Below, piece by piece: positions 47,172 to 56,222 of a stretch of DNA of 64,000 bases. How positions within the stretch are numbered: the stretch's first letter is position 1; each line of letters opens with the position of its first letter. The position numbers and the translations under genes are program-made. Under the pieces are notes generated by a model. The model was not told the origin of the DNA. It did not search any database and was given only the letters and a program-made list of their open reading frames with translations. The stretch is taken from contig JAOPTW010000045.1 in NCBI GenBank assembly GCA_051532035.1, positions 7,624-71,623 on the forward strand, given 5' to 3'. Source of the DNA: Fibrobacterales bacterium (lineage in GTDB: Bacteria; Fibrobacterota; Fibrobacteria; Fibrobacterales; JAOPTW01).

Positions 47172-48965
47172 ATGAAATATTTTGATGCCGTGATCCTCGA
47201 AGAATTAAAAGGCCAAGCTGATATTGCTTCAGTAATCCAGGCTTACCTCCCTGTTAAACGCACGGGAAACAGTTATAAGTGTGTTTGCCCCTTTCATAAT
47301 GACCATAGTCCTAGTATGCACATAACTCCCTCTATGGGGATCTATAAGTGCTTTGCTTGCGGAGCTGGCGGTGATGTCATTAAATTTGTTCAAGAGCACG
47401 ATCGTATAGAATTTCCGGCAGCAGTTGAACGAGTTGCAGAGCTCACGGGGTATCAGCTTCCAGAGAAAGAGACTATGAAAGAGGGGGCTTCACGAGACCT
47501 CACTCAAATCAATGAGTTCACCGCCTATTTCTTCTATAATCAGCTCAAAGCAGCCCCTCAGGCAGTAGAATACCTTAAAAAACGTGGATTATCAGCCGAA
47601 ACCTGTGCCACTTTCAAGCTTGGTTGGGCGCCTGATTCTTGGGATATGCTCATGAAGAGTTGCAAAGAAAAAGGCTATACAGAGGATGCGCTCATAGAGG
47701 CGGGAGTTGTCGTTCAAAATGAGAAGGGGAAGGTGTACGATAAGTTTCGTTCACGACTCATGTTTCCCATCTTTAATCTATCTAAAAAAGTCATTGCTTT
47801 TGGCGGGCGAGTCCTCGATCCTGAGCAAAAACCAAAATATCTGAATAGCCCCGAAACAAGGCTCTATCATAAAAGTGAAGTGCTCTATGGCTTAAGTCAT
47901 ACCAAAGCAGACATCATGAAAGAAAATAGCGCTATTTTTGTTGAAGGCTATATGGATATGCTCCAGCTTTTTCAGGCAGGGGTGACCAATGTGGTTTCTG
48001 TATCGGGAACGGCTCTCACTGCAGATCATGCAAAGTTAATTAAGCGCTATACCAATCGTGCATATCTTGTGTTTGATGGCGATGAAGCGGGGCAGAATGC
48101 GGCCCGTAAAAGTATTGAAACATTGCTCCATATTGGTATAGAAGTCAAAGTGTTACTCCTCCCAGAGGGTGAAGACCCTGATAGTATAGTGAAGAGTCAT
48201 GGAGCAGACCATTTTAAAGGGCTCCTGAAGCGAGCGTATGATTTTGTTGATTTTACCTTTAATGGTATTAATCCTCGGACACTATCGCCAGAGAGTAAAG
48301 CGCAATATGTTACGCATATGAAGGGAATGCTCAAGCAAGTCCATGATGTTGTAGCGCGACAGGAGTACATAAAAAAAATTGCAGAACGACTCGATATTAA
48401 AGAGACATTCCTTACTCAGACAATGCGCGTTCAGGCAAATGAAATGCCAACTTCTCCAGAACGAACAACAGTTGCTCGTACTTTTGACCCGGTAGAGTTG
48501 CGCCTACTCACTATTTTACTCCACAACGAATATCTCGTCGAAATCGCACTGAATACCTTTGATATTCAGTTGGTGCAGACAGAGGCTATTGCAGAGCTTT
48601 TAGATTTCTGTTTTTGCCTTTTCGAAGAAGAGGGTGAGATAAATCTCAAAACACTCTATGATAAAATCCCCTCAGCACTTAAGCCACTTTTTGAGACTCT
48701 TGAAGAACCAGTAGATCTTTCATCAAATAAAGATGAACATAAAAATATGATTTTTAAAGATTATGTTGCGCATCTCCTCCAGTTAGAGCTTGTCTTTTTA
48801 AAAGAGCTCCAGTCCGGGCGTCGTGATCAATCATTTATGGTTATTCAAAAAGGTATCCGCGAGATCGCTCAACAAAAACAAAGCCTTGCACAAGGGCTCT
48901 TTCTCCCGCAAGATATATTGACTCAATATCTTGGTTCTAAAAAAGATATTATGGAGGTGGTGTAA
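47172..48965 (+). CDS. dnaG: DNA primase
   Basis: Zn finger CVCPFHNDHSPSMHI...YKCFACGAGGD. RNA polymerase domain RLMFPI. TOPRIM segments EGYMD and DGDEAG. Confidence 0.95.
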   Translation: MKYFDAVILEELKGQADIASVIQAYLPVKRTGNSYKCVCPFHNDHSPSMHITPSMGIYKCFACGAGGDVIKFVQEHDRIEFPAAVERVAELTGYQLPEKETMKEGASRDLTQINEFTAYFFYNQLKAAPQAVEYLKKRGLSAETCATFKLGWAPDSWDMLMKSCKEKGYTEDALIEAGVVVQNEKGKVYDKFRSRLMFPIFNLSKKVIAFGGRVLDPEQKPKYLNSPETRLYHKSEVLYGLSHTKADIMKENSAIFVEGYMDMLQLFQAGVTNVVSVSGTALTADHAKLIKRYTNRAYLVFDGDEAGQNAARKSIETLLHIGIEVKVLLLPEGEDPDSIVKSHGADHFKGLLKRAYDFVDFTFNGINPRTLSPESKAQYVTHMKGMLKQVHDVVARQEYIKKIAERLDIKETFLTQTMRVQANEMPTSPERTTVARTFDPVELRLLTILLHNEYLVEIALNTFDIQLVQTEAIAELLDFCFCLFEEEGEINLKTLYDKIPSALKPLFETLEEPVDLSSNKDEHKNMIFKDYVAHLLQLELVFLKELQSGRRDQSFMVIQKGIREIAQQKQSLAQGLFLPQDILTQYLGSKKDIMEVV

Positions 48966-49091
48966 AGCCTCCCTCATCTTTTACCCTGTTAACCCTCAAG
49001 ATTTAATAGAGTAACCCTCCTTATGGTTGTGTTTGCCCTGTTATTGTGGTATATTAGAACTATAGATACATACATACTTTGAGAGGCTAAA

Positions 49092-50450
49092 ATGACTGGT
49101 GGATATTCAGGTGCTTTGGATTTAGATATATTCATGGAAGGGCTCCGTAAGAGAAACCCTGGTGAGATAGAGTTTCATCAAGCAGTTGAAGAAGTTGCAC
49201 GTACTGTTATTCCATATATTAATCAAAATCAGGAATATTTAAAAGCCCGTATTCTTGAGCGCCTCACTGAACCAGACCGCATTGTAAGTTTTAGAGTGTG
49301 TTGGGAAGATGACCAAGGCCATGTTCGTATTAACAGAGGGTATCGTGTTCAGTTTAATAATGCTATTGGCCCTTATAAAGGGGGCCTTCGATTTCACCCT
49401 ACCGTAAGTTTGAGTGTACTTAAATTTCTCGGTTTTGAGCAAGTATTCAAAAATAGTCTAACCACATTACCTCTTGGTGGTGCAAAAGGTGGGGCTGATT
49501 TTAACCCTAAAGGAAAATCAGATAACGAGGTAATGCGTTTTTGCCAATCGTTCATGACTGAACTGGAGCAATATATTGGTACCCATGTTGATATTCCGGC
49601 AGGGGATATTGGGGTCAGTGCTCGTGAAATTGGGTATATGTATGGTCAGTACAAGCGCATGAAAAACGAGTTTCAAGGGGTGCTAACAGGCAAAGGAGTT
49701 CATTTTGGTGGGAGTTTAGTTCGTACCGAAGCGACCGGGTATGGGTGTGTCTATTTTGTTCAAAATATGTTACAGTACATAGGTAATTCCATCGAAGGAA
49801 AAAGGTGCTCTGTTTCTGGCTCAGGTAATGTAGCACTCTACACTGCCGAGAAAGTGATTCATCTTGGGGGCACGGTTCACACCTTGTCTGACTCCGGAGG
49901 CTTCATCTATGACGCAGATGGTATCACCCAAGAAAAACTCAATTGGATTATAGATCTTAAAACAAAACGTAGAGGACGCATTAAAGAGTATGCCGATGAG
50001 TTTGACTGTGAATACCATGAAGGTAAACGGCCATGGATTATCCCTTGTGATATCGCCTTTCCATCGGCGACACAAAATGAAGTTAATGCAGAAGAAGCTA
50101 AAACCCTCGTAGATAATGGATTGATCGCTATTGGTGAAGGGGCAAATATGCCTTCATCTATAGAGGCTATCGATGTGTTTCAAGCGGCCAAAATTATTTA
50201 CGGTCCGAGTAAAGCCGCTAATGCTGGTGGTGTGGCGGTGAGTGGTCTCGAGATGACTCAAAATAGTATGCGGATCAATTGGTCCCGTCGTGAGGTTGAT
50301 GAGAAGTTGCAAGAGATTATGCGTGAGATACATGATCAGTGCGTAAGGTATGGTGAGACGCCTAATGGTTGGGTGGACTATGTATCCGGTGCCAACATTG
50401 CTGGCTTTGTGAAGGTTGCCGACTCAATGCTCGCTTACGGGATAGTTTAG
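49092..50450 (+). CDS. gdhA: Glutamate dehydrogenase (NADP-type, hexameric family)
   Basis: FRVCWEDD, NNAIGPYKGGLRFHP, PLGGAKGG, and the GSGNVA dinucleotide fold. Confidence 0.95.
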   Translation: MTGGYSGALDLDIFMEGLRKRNPGEIEFHQAVEEVARTVIPYINQNQEYLKARILERLTEPDRIVSFRVCWEDDQGHVRINRGYRVQFNNAIGPYKGGLRFHPTVSLSVLKFLGFEQVFKNSLTTLPLGGAKGGADFNPKGKSDNEVMRFCQSFMTELEQYIGTHVDIPAGDIGVSAREIGYMYGQYKRMKNEFQGVLTGKGVHFGGSLVRTEATGYGCVYFVQNMLQYIGNSIEGKRCSVSGSGNVALYTAEKVIHLGGTVHTLSDSGGFIYDADGITQEKLNWIIDLKTKRRGRIKEYADEFDCEYHEGKRPWIIPCDIAFPSATQNEVNAEEAKTLVDNGLIAIGEGANMPSSIEAIDVFQAAKIIYGPSKAANAGGVAVSGLEMTQNSMRINWSRREVDEKLQEIMREIHDQCVRYGETPNGWVDYVSGANIAGFVKVADSMLAYGIV

Positions 50451-50558
50451 TATTTAAGAAGTGTCTACTTCGTTGCTGAATACTTGACGTACCGTTTGTA
50501 CGCCTACGCATCCAGCGCCTCATATCCATCTTCTTAAATCCTAAACTATGTTATCGCT

Positions 50559-50785
50559 GGGTCACCGAAGGTGACCGTTGCTTGCTTGCCGCTTGCTCGT
50601 TCCCTTTGGGAACGTTGCTTGCCTGTTGCTTGATCACCTTTGGTGATCGTTGCTCTTGCTCTTTTGTTTGCTTGCTCCCTTGGGAGCCTTGCTTGGTTGC
50701 TTGGTCACTTAAGTTGACCGTTACTTTTTCTTTTGCTTGATCACCTTTGGTGATCCTTGCTTTTCCTTATTCTTGCTTGCTCTAT
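50559..50785. repeat. Array of six short palindromic hairpins separated by TTGCTTG-rich spacers
   Basis: Hairpins read directly: GGTCACCGAAGGTGACC (50560-76), GTTCCCTTTGGGAAC (50599-613), GATCACCTTTGGTGATC (50632-48), GCTCCCTTGGGAGC (50684-97), GGTCACTTAAGTTGACC (50703-19) and GATCACCTTTGGTGATC (50739-55). Each is flanked by (C/G)TTGCT(T)GC-type motifs. Confidence 0.85.
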
Positions 50786-50834
50786 ATGGGTTATTTATTC
50801 CTATCTTTTTTGTTGGTTTTATGGGGATGTTTTG

Positions 50835-52181
50835 ATGGCGAAAGTTAAGGGACTTGGGGGGAAGAGGGCTCCGAAGAAGGGTAGGGCTCGTAAAAAGAGT
50901 ACGGGCAAGAAGGGTGGAAAGTGGTATGGATTTTTGCTTCGACCTAAAATGCTATTGGTATTGGGCTTGCTCTGTTATGGGCTTTTTGCCTCGTGGCCAG
51001 CGACGACATTACTTCGTGGGGCGGTGAAGTTCTTTTATCCCAGTCACTATAATTCAGTATCTATAGAAGGGGCGCGTGTATCAGTGCTCTTTGGGGTTAC
51101 TTTTGATAAATTGAAGATGTCGGTACCTATTAAGGGTAAGGCTGTGTCCGTATCTTTGCGGGAGGCCTCACTTGACTTGAGTTATCTTTCGCTCATAATG
51201 GGAGAACTTAAGCTTGGGAAATTTAGAGCAGTTAGAGGACGAGTGGATATACCCGAGTCTCTCTCTATTCCCTTTGATGTAGGGACTATCCCATTTAGTG
51301 CTATTACGTTACTCAATAAATTTGATGCTGTTGTCCCAAAGAAGATAGAAATTTACGATTTTACTGCATTGTATGGAAGTAAAAAGCAGACGGTTGGGTC
51401 CCTTCTTCTTGGTATTGATAATGGCGAAAAAGAATATGCTATTACGACCACAAATCTGAGGTCGACTCTATTCCCAGATGTGCCTTTTTTTACTGCAACA
51501 ATTACCATAGCGGGCTCCAAATGGCGGGTCTCTCACTGTACCGTCAAAACTCCCGAAGGGGGAGAGCTCTCTGGAGCGATGACTGTGGATTTAAAGAAGA
51601 AACTCCTTACTCAAGTTAATGTGGAGCTTCATGGTTTTGAGCTTGGATGGATTGCTCCAATGGTCTTACATAATCGTGCGCATATTTCTGGTGCTGTTTC
51701 AGGGAAGGTGGTACTTTCAAATCGCGCAGAGGTTATTGCAGGGAATTATCTTACCATTAAAAATCTTGAATTGCAGTCATGGCCTTTTCAGAAGAAGTTT
51801 CCTTTGGCTGGCCAAAAGGCGCTATCGCGGTTACAGTTTTCAAAAGTATCTATGAAAGATATTGCTCTCAGTAGTCGTCGTATAACATGGGGCTCTCTCC
51901 ATGCTGTGGGTAATAAACTTTCTATCATAGCACGGGGTTCGGTGAGCCAGTCTGGGGCTCTTTCTCTCAACCTAAAAGGGGTTGTTGCTCCTGCAGTAGT
52001 TAAACAGTTGAGTTACTCTGGGCGCTTGGCTCTTGGGGGCAACACCGATGGTGCCTTTAAAGGGAGAGTAGAAGGAACTATTAAGGATCAATCCCTTATA
52101 CTTGATGGGAGTGTCTATGGGGCTGCTATTGTGAACCAGTTTAAAAATATTGGTTCTGCATTTACCGATCTATTTGATTAG
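50835..52181 (+). CDS. Membrane-anchored periplasmic protein (AsmA-like?) with a highly basic N-terminal tail
   Basis: Start moved to MAKVKGLGGKRAPKKGRARKKSTGKKGGKWY, followed by one TM helix. The track's TTG start at 50757 lies inside the hairpin array. The functional call is weak. Confidence 0.6.
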   Translation: MAKVKGLGGKRAPKKGRARKKSTGKKGGKWYGFLLRPKMLLVLGLLCYGLFASWPATTLLRGAVKFFYPSHYNSVSIEGARVSVLFGVTFDKLKMSVPIKGKAVSVSLREASLDLSYLSLIMGELKLGKFRAVRGRVDIPESLSIPFDVGTIPFSAITLLNKFDAVVPKKIEIYDFTALYGSKKQTVGSLLLGIDNGEKEYAITTTNLRSTLFPDVPFFTATITIAGSKWRVSHCTVKTPEGGELSGAMTVDLKKKLLTQVNVELHGFELGWIAPMVLHNRAHISGAVSGKVVLSNRAEVIAGNYLTIKNLELQSWPFQKKFPLAGQKALSRLQFSKVSMKDIALSSRRITWGSLHAVGNKLSIIARGSVSQSGALSLNLKGVVAPAVVKQLSYSGRLALGGNTDGAFKGRVEGTIKDQSLILDGSVYGAAIVNQFKNIGSAFTDLFD

Positions 52182-53378
52182 AACTTCTTCGCGCGGAACC
52201 TTTACAAAAAAAGTGAAGAGTATAAGTGAAGCGACACCAAACAGTGACGCAACAAGGTAAACCATTCGTAGGTCGTACCATTCCCAAATCAAGCCAGCGA
52301 GTTTACCTGCTAAACCACCACCCAGCCCAGCGATGACCATTGCAGAATAGACTTGAATGAGGTGGAGGTGTTTTTCTCCATAGACTCGTTTAAAGAATAT
52401 GCTGGTCCCTGCAAGAGTTGCTCCATAGAAGAGGCCGTGCAGTGTCTGTACTAAATAGAACAGTGGTACGGTAGTGGTTATAGATATTAATGCCATCCTG
52501 AGGAGCATTACAGAAATGCCTACCGCAATGAGCGTTTTGAGTTCAAAGCGTTTGAGGATAGTAATAGAAAGGAGTATGAGTGGGACTTCTGCAAAGGTTG
52601 CAATATACCAGGCAGTGCCAACCATCGCGTTGGTACCATTGAGTTCGTTTTGCATAAAATTACCCACCAGTGTCGAGCCCATATTGGCTCCAGTATTTGC
52701 CAAAAATATGGCACTAACCATAAGGAAGGTATTCTTTTGTGAGAGCTGTTTCACTGTTGTTGCAAAAGAGGTAAAAACATTGGTTCTTGTGGTGCGTGAC
52801 TCTGTGGGGATCACTGACCGGTTACCCAGCGAAAAAAGGAGTGCTATTATTGCAAAGAGTGCAAAGAGATAGTAGACTTGTTGAAGGGTAAAACTCTCTG
52901 CCAAAAATGAAGAGATGAGGCATGAGATGGCAAAACCAAGAGTAGCAATTGAGCGCAAAAACAAAAAGTAGCCACTCCCTTGTGAGCGCGTGGCTATTTG
53001 AATATTAGTTTGGCCAATGGTGAATACTAGAGAAACGCTAAATGAGAGAGTAAAAAAGGTCGCATAAATAGCGTATAGGTTTGTGAGCGATGGGAAGAAG
53101 AGGTAGAGGAGTGCGATAGTTAGGAGCACAAGGCTTAATAAGGTATTAGGATTGGGGATGAGGGCCGAGATAACCGAAACAAGGAGCGGGGCAAGTACCG
53201 AGGCAAGTGCCCCAATCATAAAAACAGTGCCGATGGTTTTAGGCGAAAGGCCCATGTTTTGTTCCATCACGACGCCATGGTATTGAAATGAGGCGATGGC
53301 GCCAAATGCAAAAAATATAAGGAGTGCAGATTGGCGGATGGTCTTGTTGGTAAAAAGAGGAGTCAGAAGGTGGAGCAC
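52170..53378 (-). CDS. MFS transporter
   Basis: 402 aa with about 12 TM helices. Its start overlaps the queC stop by 1 nt. Confidence 0.8.
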   Translation of the reverse strand: MLHLLTPLFTNKTIRQSALLIFFAFGAIASFQYHGVVMEQNMGLSPKTIGTVFMIGALASVLAPLLVSVISALIPNPNTLLSLVLLTIALLYLFFPSLTNLYAIYATFFTLSFSVSLVFTIGQTNIQIATRSQGSGYFLFLRSIATLGFAISCLISSFLAESFTLQQVYYLFALFAIIALLFSLGNRSVIPTESRTTRTNVFTSFATTVKQLSQKNTFLMVSAIFLANTGANMGSTLVGNFMQNELNGTNAMVGTAWYIATFAEVPLILLSITILKRFELKTLIAVGISVMLLRMALISITTTVPLFYLVQTLHGLFYGATLAGTSIFFKRVYGEKHLHLIQVYSAMVIAGLGGGLAGKLAGLIWEWYDLRMVYLVASLFGVASLILFTFFVKVPREEVLIK

Positions 53379-54058
53379 TACTGCGCGCCTTCATTGTTTT
53401 GAGATGCGCGAGTTATGAGAGGGTCAATAACACCTGCTGTATCAAACCCTTTTTGGCGAAGGAGACATGATGGGCATACGCCGCAGGGTGGGAACTGCCC
53501 TTCGTAACAAGTGTGAGACCAGGCAAGCGCCTCTAATCCACCAACTTCTTGGGCGAGGGTTACGGTTTCGGCTTTTGACAAATCCATCAATGGAGTGTGA
53601 ATGGTAAATGAAAATTCCATACCGAGAGATATTGATTGTTGGAGTGACTCCATTGTGTTTTTGCGACAGTCAGGGTATCCACTATAATCGGCCTCACAAA
53701 CTCCGGTAATAAGGTTTGGGATCTTTTTTTGGTAGGCCCACGCCGCAGCATAGGTCATAAAAATAAGGTTGCGTCCTGGTACGAATGTGTTGGGGAGTTC
53801 ACCATCAGTATGAATAATTTTGGTCTCATGGTCGAGTAATGCATTTGCACCGAGCTGCTTGAATGTATCAATCTTCAGCATCTTAAGAGGGGTACCGCTC
53901 TTTTTTGCAATGGTTCTTGCTGAATCGAGTTCGATGGTGTGACGCTGCCCATAATCAAAACAGATTGCTTCTACCTGGTCAAATTGTTTTTTGGCCCAGT
54001 AGAGGCAGGTAGTAGAGTCTTGGCCACCACTAAAAACAACGAGAGCCTTAGAAGTCAT
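53378..54058 (-). CDS. queC: 7-cyano-7-deazaguanine (preQ0) synthase
   Basis: ALVVFSGGQDSTTCL (PP-loop) and the C-terminal Zn motif CYEG...PCGVCPSCLLRQKGF. Confidence 0.95.
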   Translation of the reverse strand: MTSKALVVFSGGQDSTTCLYWAKKQFDQVEAICFDYGQRHTIELDSARTIAKKSGTPLKMLKIDTFKQLGANALLDHETKIIHTDGELPNTFVPGRNLIFMTYAAAWAYQKKIPNLITGVCEADYSGYPDCRKNTMESLQQSISLGMEFSFTIHTPLMDLSKAETVTLAQEVGGLEALAWSHTCYEGQFPPCGVCPSCLLRQKGFDTAGVIDPLITRASQNNEGAQ

Positions 54059-54755
54059 TGGTTACTCCGAGAGTAAAGAGGGCGTCGTTCTCTTGGCGTT
54101 TACCGGCAACACCAAAGGTGATATCAAAATCGAGCTGGGTATTGTTGGATAAGTGGAGACGTACACCGGGAGCCATATCGAAGGCAATCTTATCGCCAAA
54201 ATCTTCGTTAAGCGCGCTGGACAAGGTAAATGCTGCGCGAAGTTCGACACTGCTATTGAGGTATATGTTCGGGTAATAACCGAGCTCACTATGACAGAGG
54301 TCTCCTTGAGTGATACCATCAAAAAAACCTACTTTAACGAGATAGAGATGGGAAAATTTTTGAGTGACCCATGAACGTGAGAGGTAGGTGAATGCAGCTC
54401 CACCACTTTTATCATCACCGAGCCCAATTAACACGTCCATCTGTACTTTGTCGTTTTTTCGGACTCGTACGCTGACACCAAGATCAAGTTGAAGTCTAAT
54501 AGTACTGAAGTAGTCTTTTTGAGCACGATAGTTAAGGCTCCCTCCAAGCTCGAGTGCCTCGTTGAGCCCGAGCTTAATACCCAATGGCATCAACATATCC
54601 CCATCAAAATGGGTAGAAAGGGCGGTATATGCTTTGGCGCGGTTAGCCTTAAAGGTCTCGGGGTACAGCTGATAACGGGCATTGTGAACAGCATTATAAC
54701 TAAAGAGGATAGAACTGAAACAACAGATGATTGTGAGTATGCGAAATAATTTCAT
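54048..54755 (-). CDS. Putative outer-membrane beta-barrel protein
   Basis: Start at MKLFRILTIICCFSSILF (alternative TTG at 54782). Alternating beta-strand pattern with a C-terminal F. It overlaps queC by 11 nt. Confidence 0.65.
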   Translation of the reverse strand: MKLFRILTIICCFSSILFSYNAVHNARYQLYPETFKANRAKAYTALSTHFDGDMLMPLGIKLGLNEALELGGSLNYRAQKDYFSTIRLQLDLGVSVRVRKNDKVQMDVLIGLGDDKSGGAAFTYLSRSWVTQKFSHLYLVKVGFFDGITQGDLCHSELGYYPNIYLNSSVELRAAFTLSSALNEDFGDKIAFDMAPGVRLHLSNNTQLDFDITFGVAGKRQENDALFTLGVTNDF

Positions 54756-54921
54756 GGAGCCAATTTCTTTGTTTTCATTCAAAAATAAAAAATAGCAAGG
54801 AAGTGCGAGTGAAATTTAATGGCTCGGTCGTATTAGAATGTAAACAGGTCTTGGGGTTATGGTCCTGAGGGTGCTATAGAATAGGGGATGAAAGGTTGAA
54901 ATGTTTGAGCTTACTTATTGA

Positions 54922-55032
54922 TTGTAAAAAAAACAAAAGCCGATTTGCATCGGCTTTTGTAGTTAAGCAACTAGCAGACAATATGCTTAACAAAGAGCCG
55001 GCATTTAGATGAGAGAGGTAGATGCCGGCTCT
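54922..55032 (-). ncRNA. Candidate sRNA: three consecutive stem-loops ending in an intrinsic terminator
   Basis: Plus-strand coordinates. H1: AGAGCCGGCAT/ATGCCGGCTCT, 11 bp (54994-55032). H2: GTTAAGCA/TGCTTAAC, 8 bp (54962-54991). H3: AAAAGCCGAT/ATCGGCTTTT, 10 bp (54935-54958). On the minus strand H3 is followed by TTTTGTTTTTTTT. There is no ORF on that strand. Confidence 0.45.
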
Positions 55033-55136
55033 AAAAACAATATATCATACTTTTATATAATTGTCCGTAATTACTTACTAAGAAATATAAATATTTCTAA
55101 TTTTTACATTTGTTTAACATTGATAAGAAAATAAAT

Positions 55137-56222
55137 ATGTCCATCGTTCGGGCTGCATTAAGCGGCATAAAAGCATATGTTCCTGGTAAATCTGTCCAGG
55201 AAGTTCAAGAAGAATTTAATCTTTCATCCATCATCAAATTAGCGTCAAATGAAAATCCTCTTGGAGTTTCGAGAAAAGCACAGCAAGCTATTGCTATTGC
55301 ATCTAAAGGGATCAATCGCTATCCTCTTGGGCATTCTCCACAGTTGACGAATGCTATCGCAACGAAATTAGGCGTTTTACCATCAAATATCCTCTTTAGT
55401 AATGGTTCTGATGAAATGATTCAGATGATCACTGCGACCTATTTGAATCCAGGTGAAGAGGTGCTCTCAAGTGAACACACCTTTTCTGAATATAAATTTG
55501 GAACACTTTTATTCGATGGAGTCTATCGTTCGGTTCCTATGAAGAACTGGAATCACGATCTTGCTGGTATACGAAAAGCGATTACTAAAAAGACGAAAAT
55601 AATATTTATTTGTAATCCTAATAATCCGACAGGGACATGGATACCCAAAAATGAGCTTACTCAGTTTTTGTCTGAAGTCCCTAAAGATGTGATGGTTGTG
55701 GTCGATCAAGCCTATAATGAGTATGCAAGTGACCCTGAATACCCTGATTTAATTGACGAAATCAATGAATTTGAAAATGTGATTCTCCTGCGCACCTTCT
55801 CAAAAGTGTATGGCCTTGCTGGGCTACGTATAGGATATGCCCTAGCGCAGAGCGCCACCATTGAAACAATGGTTAAGGTCAAACAGCCATTTAATGTAAA
55901 TATAATTGCACAGGCAGCAGCTGAAGCCATTTTGACTGATTCTGACTATATTCAGAGTTCCATGACGACTAATATTGAAGGAATGGAACAGCTGTACGCC
56001 TATTTAGATTCTAAAAAATTGGAGTATCTAGAAACACAGGGTAATTTTATAGCAGTACATATTGGTTTTGGCGCTATTGATTTAGTCAAAACCTTAGAGT
56101 CTCGAGGGATGATAATTCGATCTCTCAAAAGCTTTGATATGTCTGAATGGGTTCGTATAACTATAGGACTTAAAGAACAGAATGACGTTTTGATTAGCCT
56201 ACTTGAGGAGTATCTCGTATGA
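55137..56222 (+). CDS. hisC: Histidinol-phosphate aminotransferase
   Basis: LASNENPLG, ICNPNNPTG, VVVDQAY.EY and RTFSKVYGLAGLRIGY (PLP Lys). Confidence 0.9.
   Translation: MSIVRAALSGIKAYVPGKSVQEVQEEFNLSSIIKLASNENPLGVSRKAQQAIAIASKGINRYPLGHSPQLTNAIATKLGVLPSNILFSNGSDEMIQMITATYLNPGEEVLSSEHTFSEYKFGTLLFDGVYRSVPMKNWNHDLAGIRKAITKKTKIIFICNPNNPTGTWIPKNELTQFLSEVPKDVMVVVDQAYNEYASDPEYPDLIDEINEFENVILLRTFSKVYGLAGLRIGYALAQSATIETMVKVKQPFNVNIIAQAAAEAILTDSDYIQSSMTTNIEGMEQLYAYLDSKKLEYLETQGNFIAVHIGFGAIDLVKTLESRGMIIRSLKSFDMSEWVRITIGLKEQNDVLISLLEEYLV

Noticed and set aside
50559-50785. CRISPR array interpretation of the hairpin repeats
   Set aside because: The repeats are only 14-17 nt, are not identical to each other, and their start-to-start spacings are irregular (19-52 nt). 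The intervening sequence is itself a repeated motif (TTGCTTGC) rather than unique spacers. No cas genes are present.
54783-54934. preQ1 riboswitch in the 5' region of the queC operon
   Set aside because: On the minus strand there is no small P1 hairpin followed by an A-rich tail ending in ..ACUA, and no other preQ1-like signature that I can recognise.
54935-55136. His leader peptide/attenuator or T-box upstream of hisC
   Set aside because: There is no leader ORF with a run of His codons and no T-box conserved 14-mer. On the plus strand the hairpins are not followed by a free U-run.
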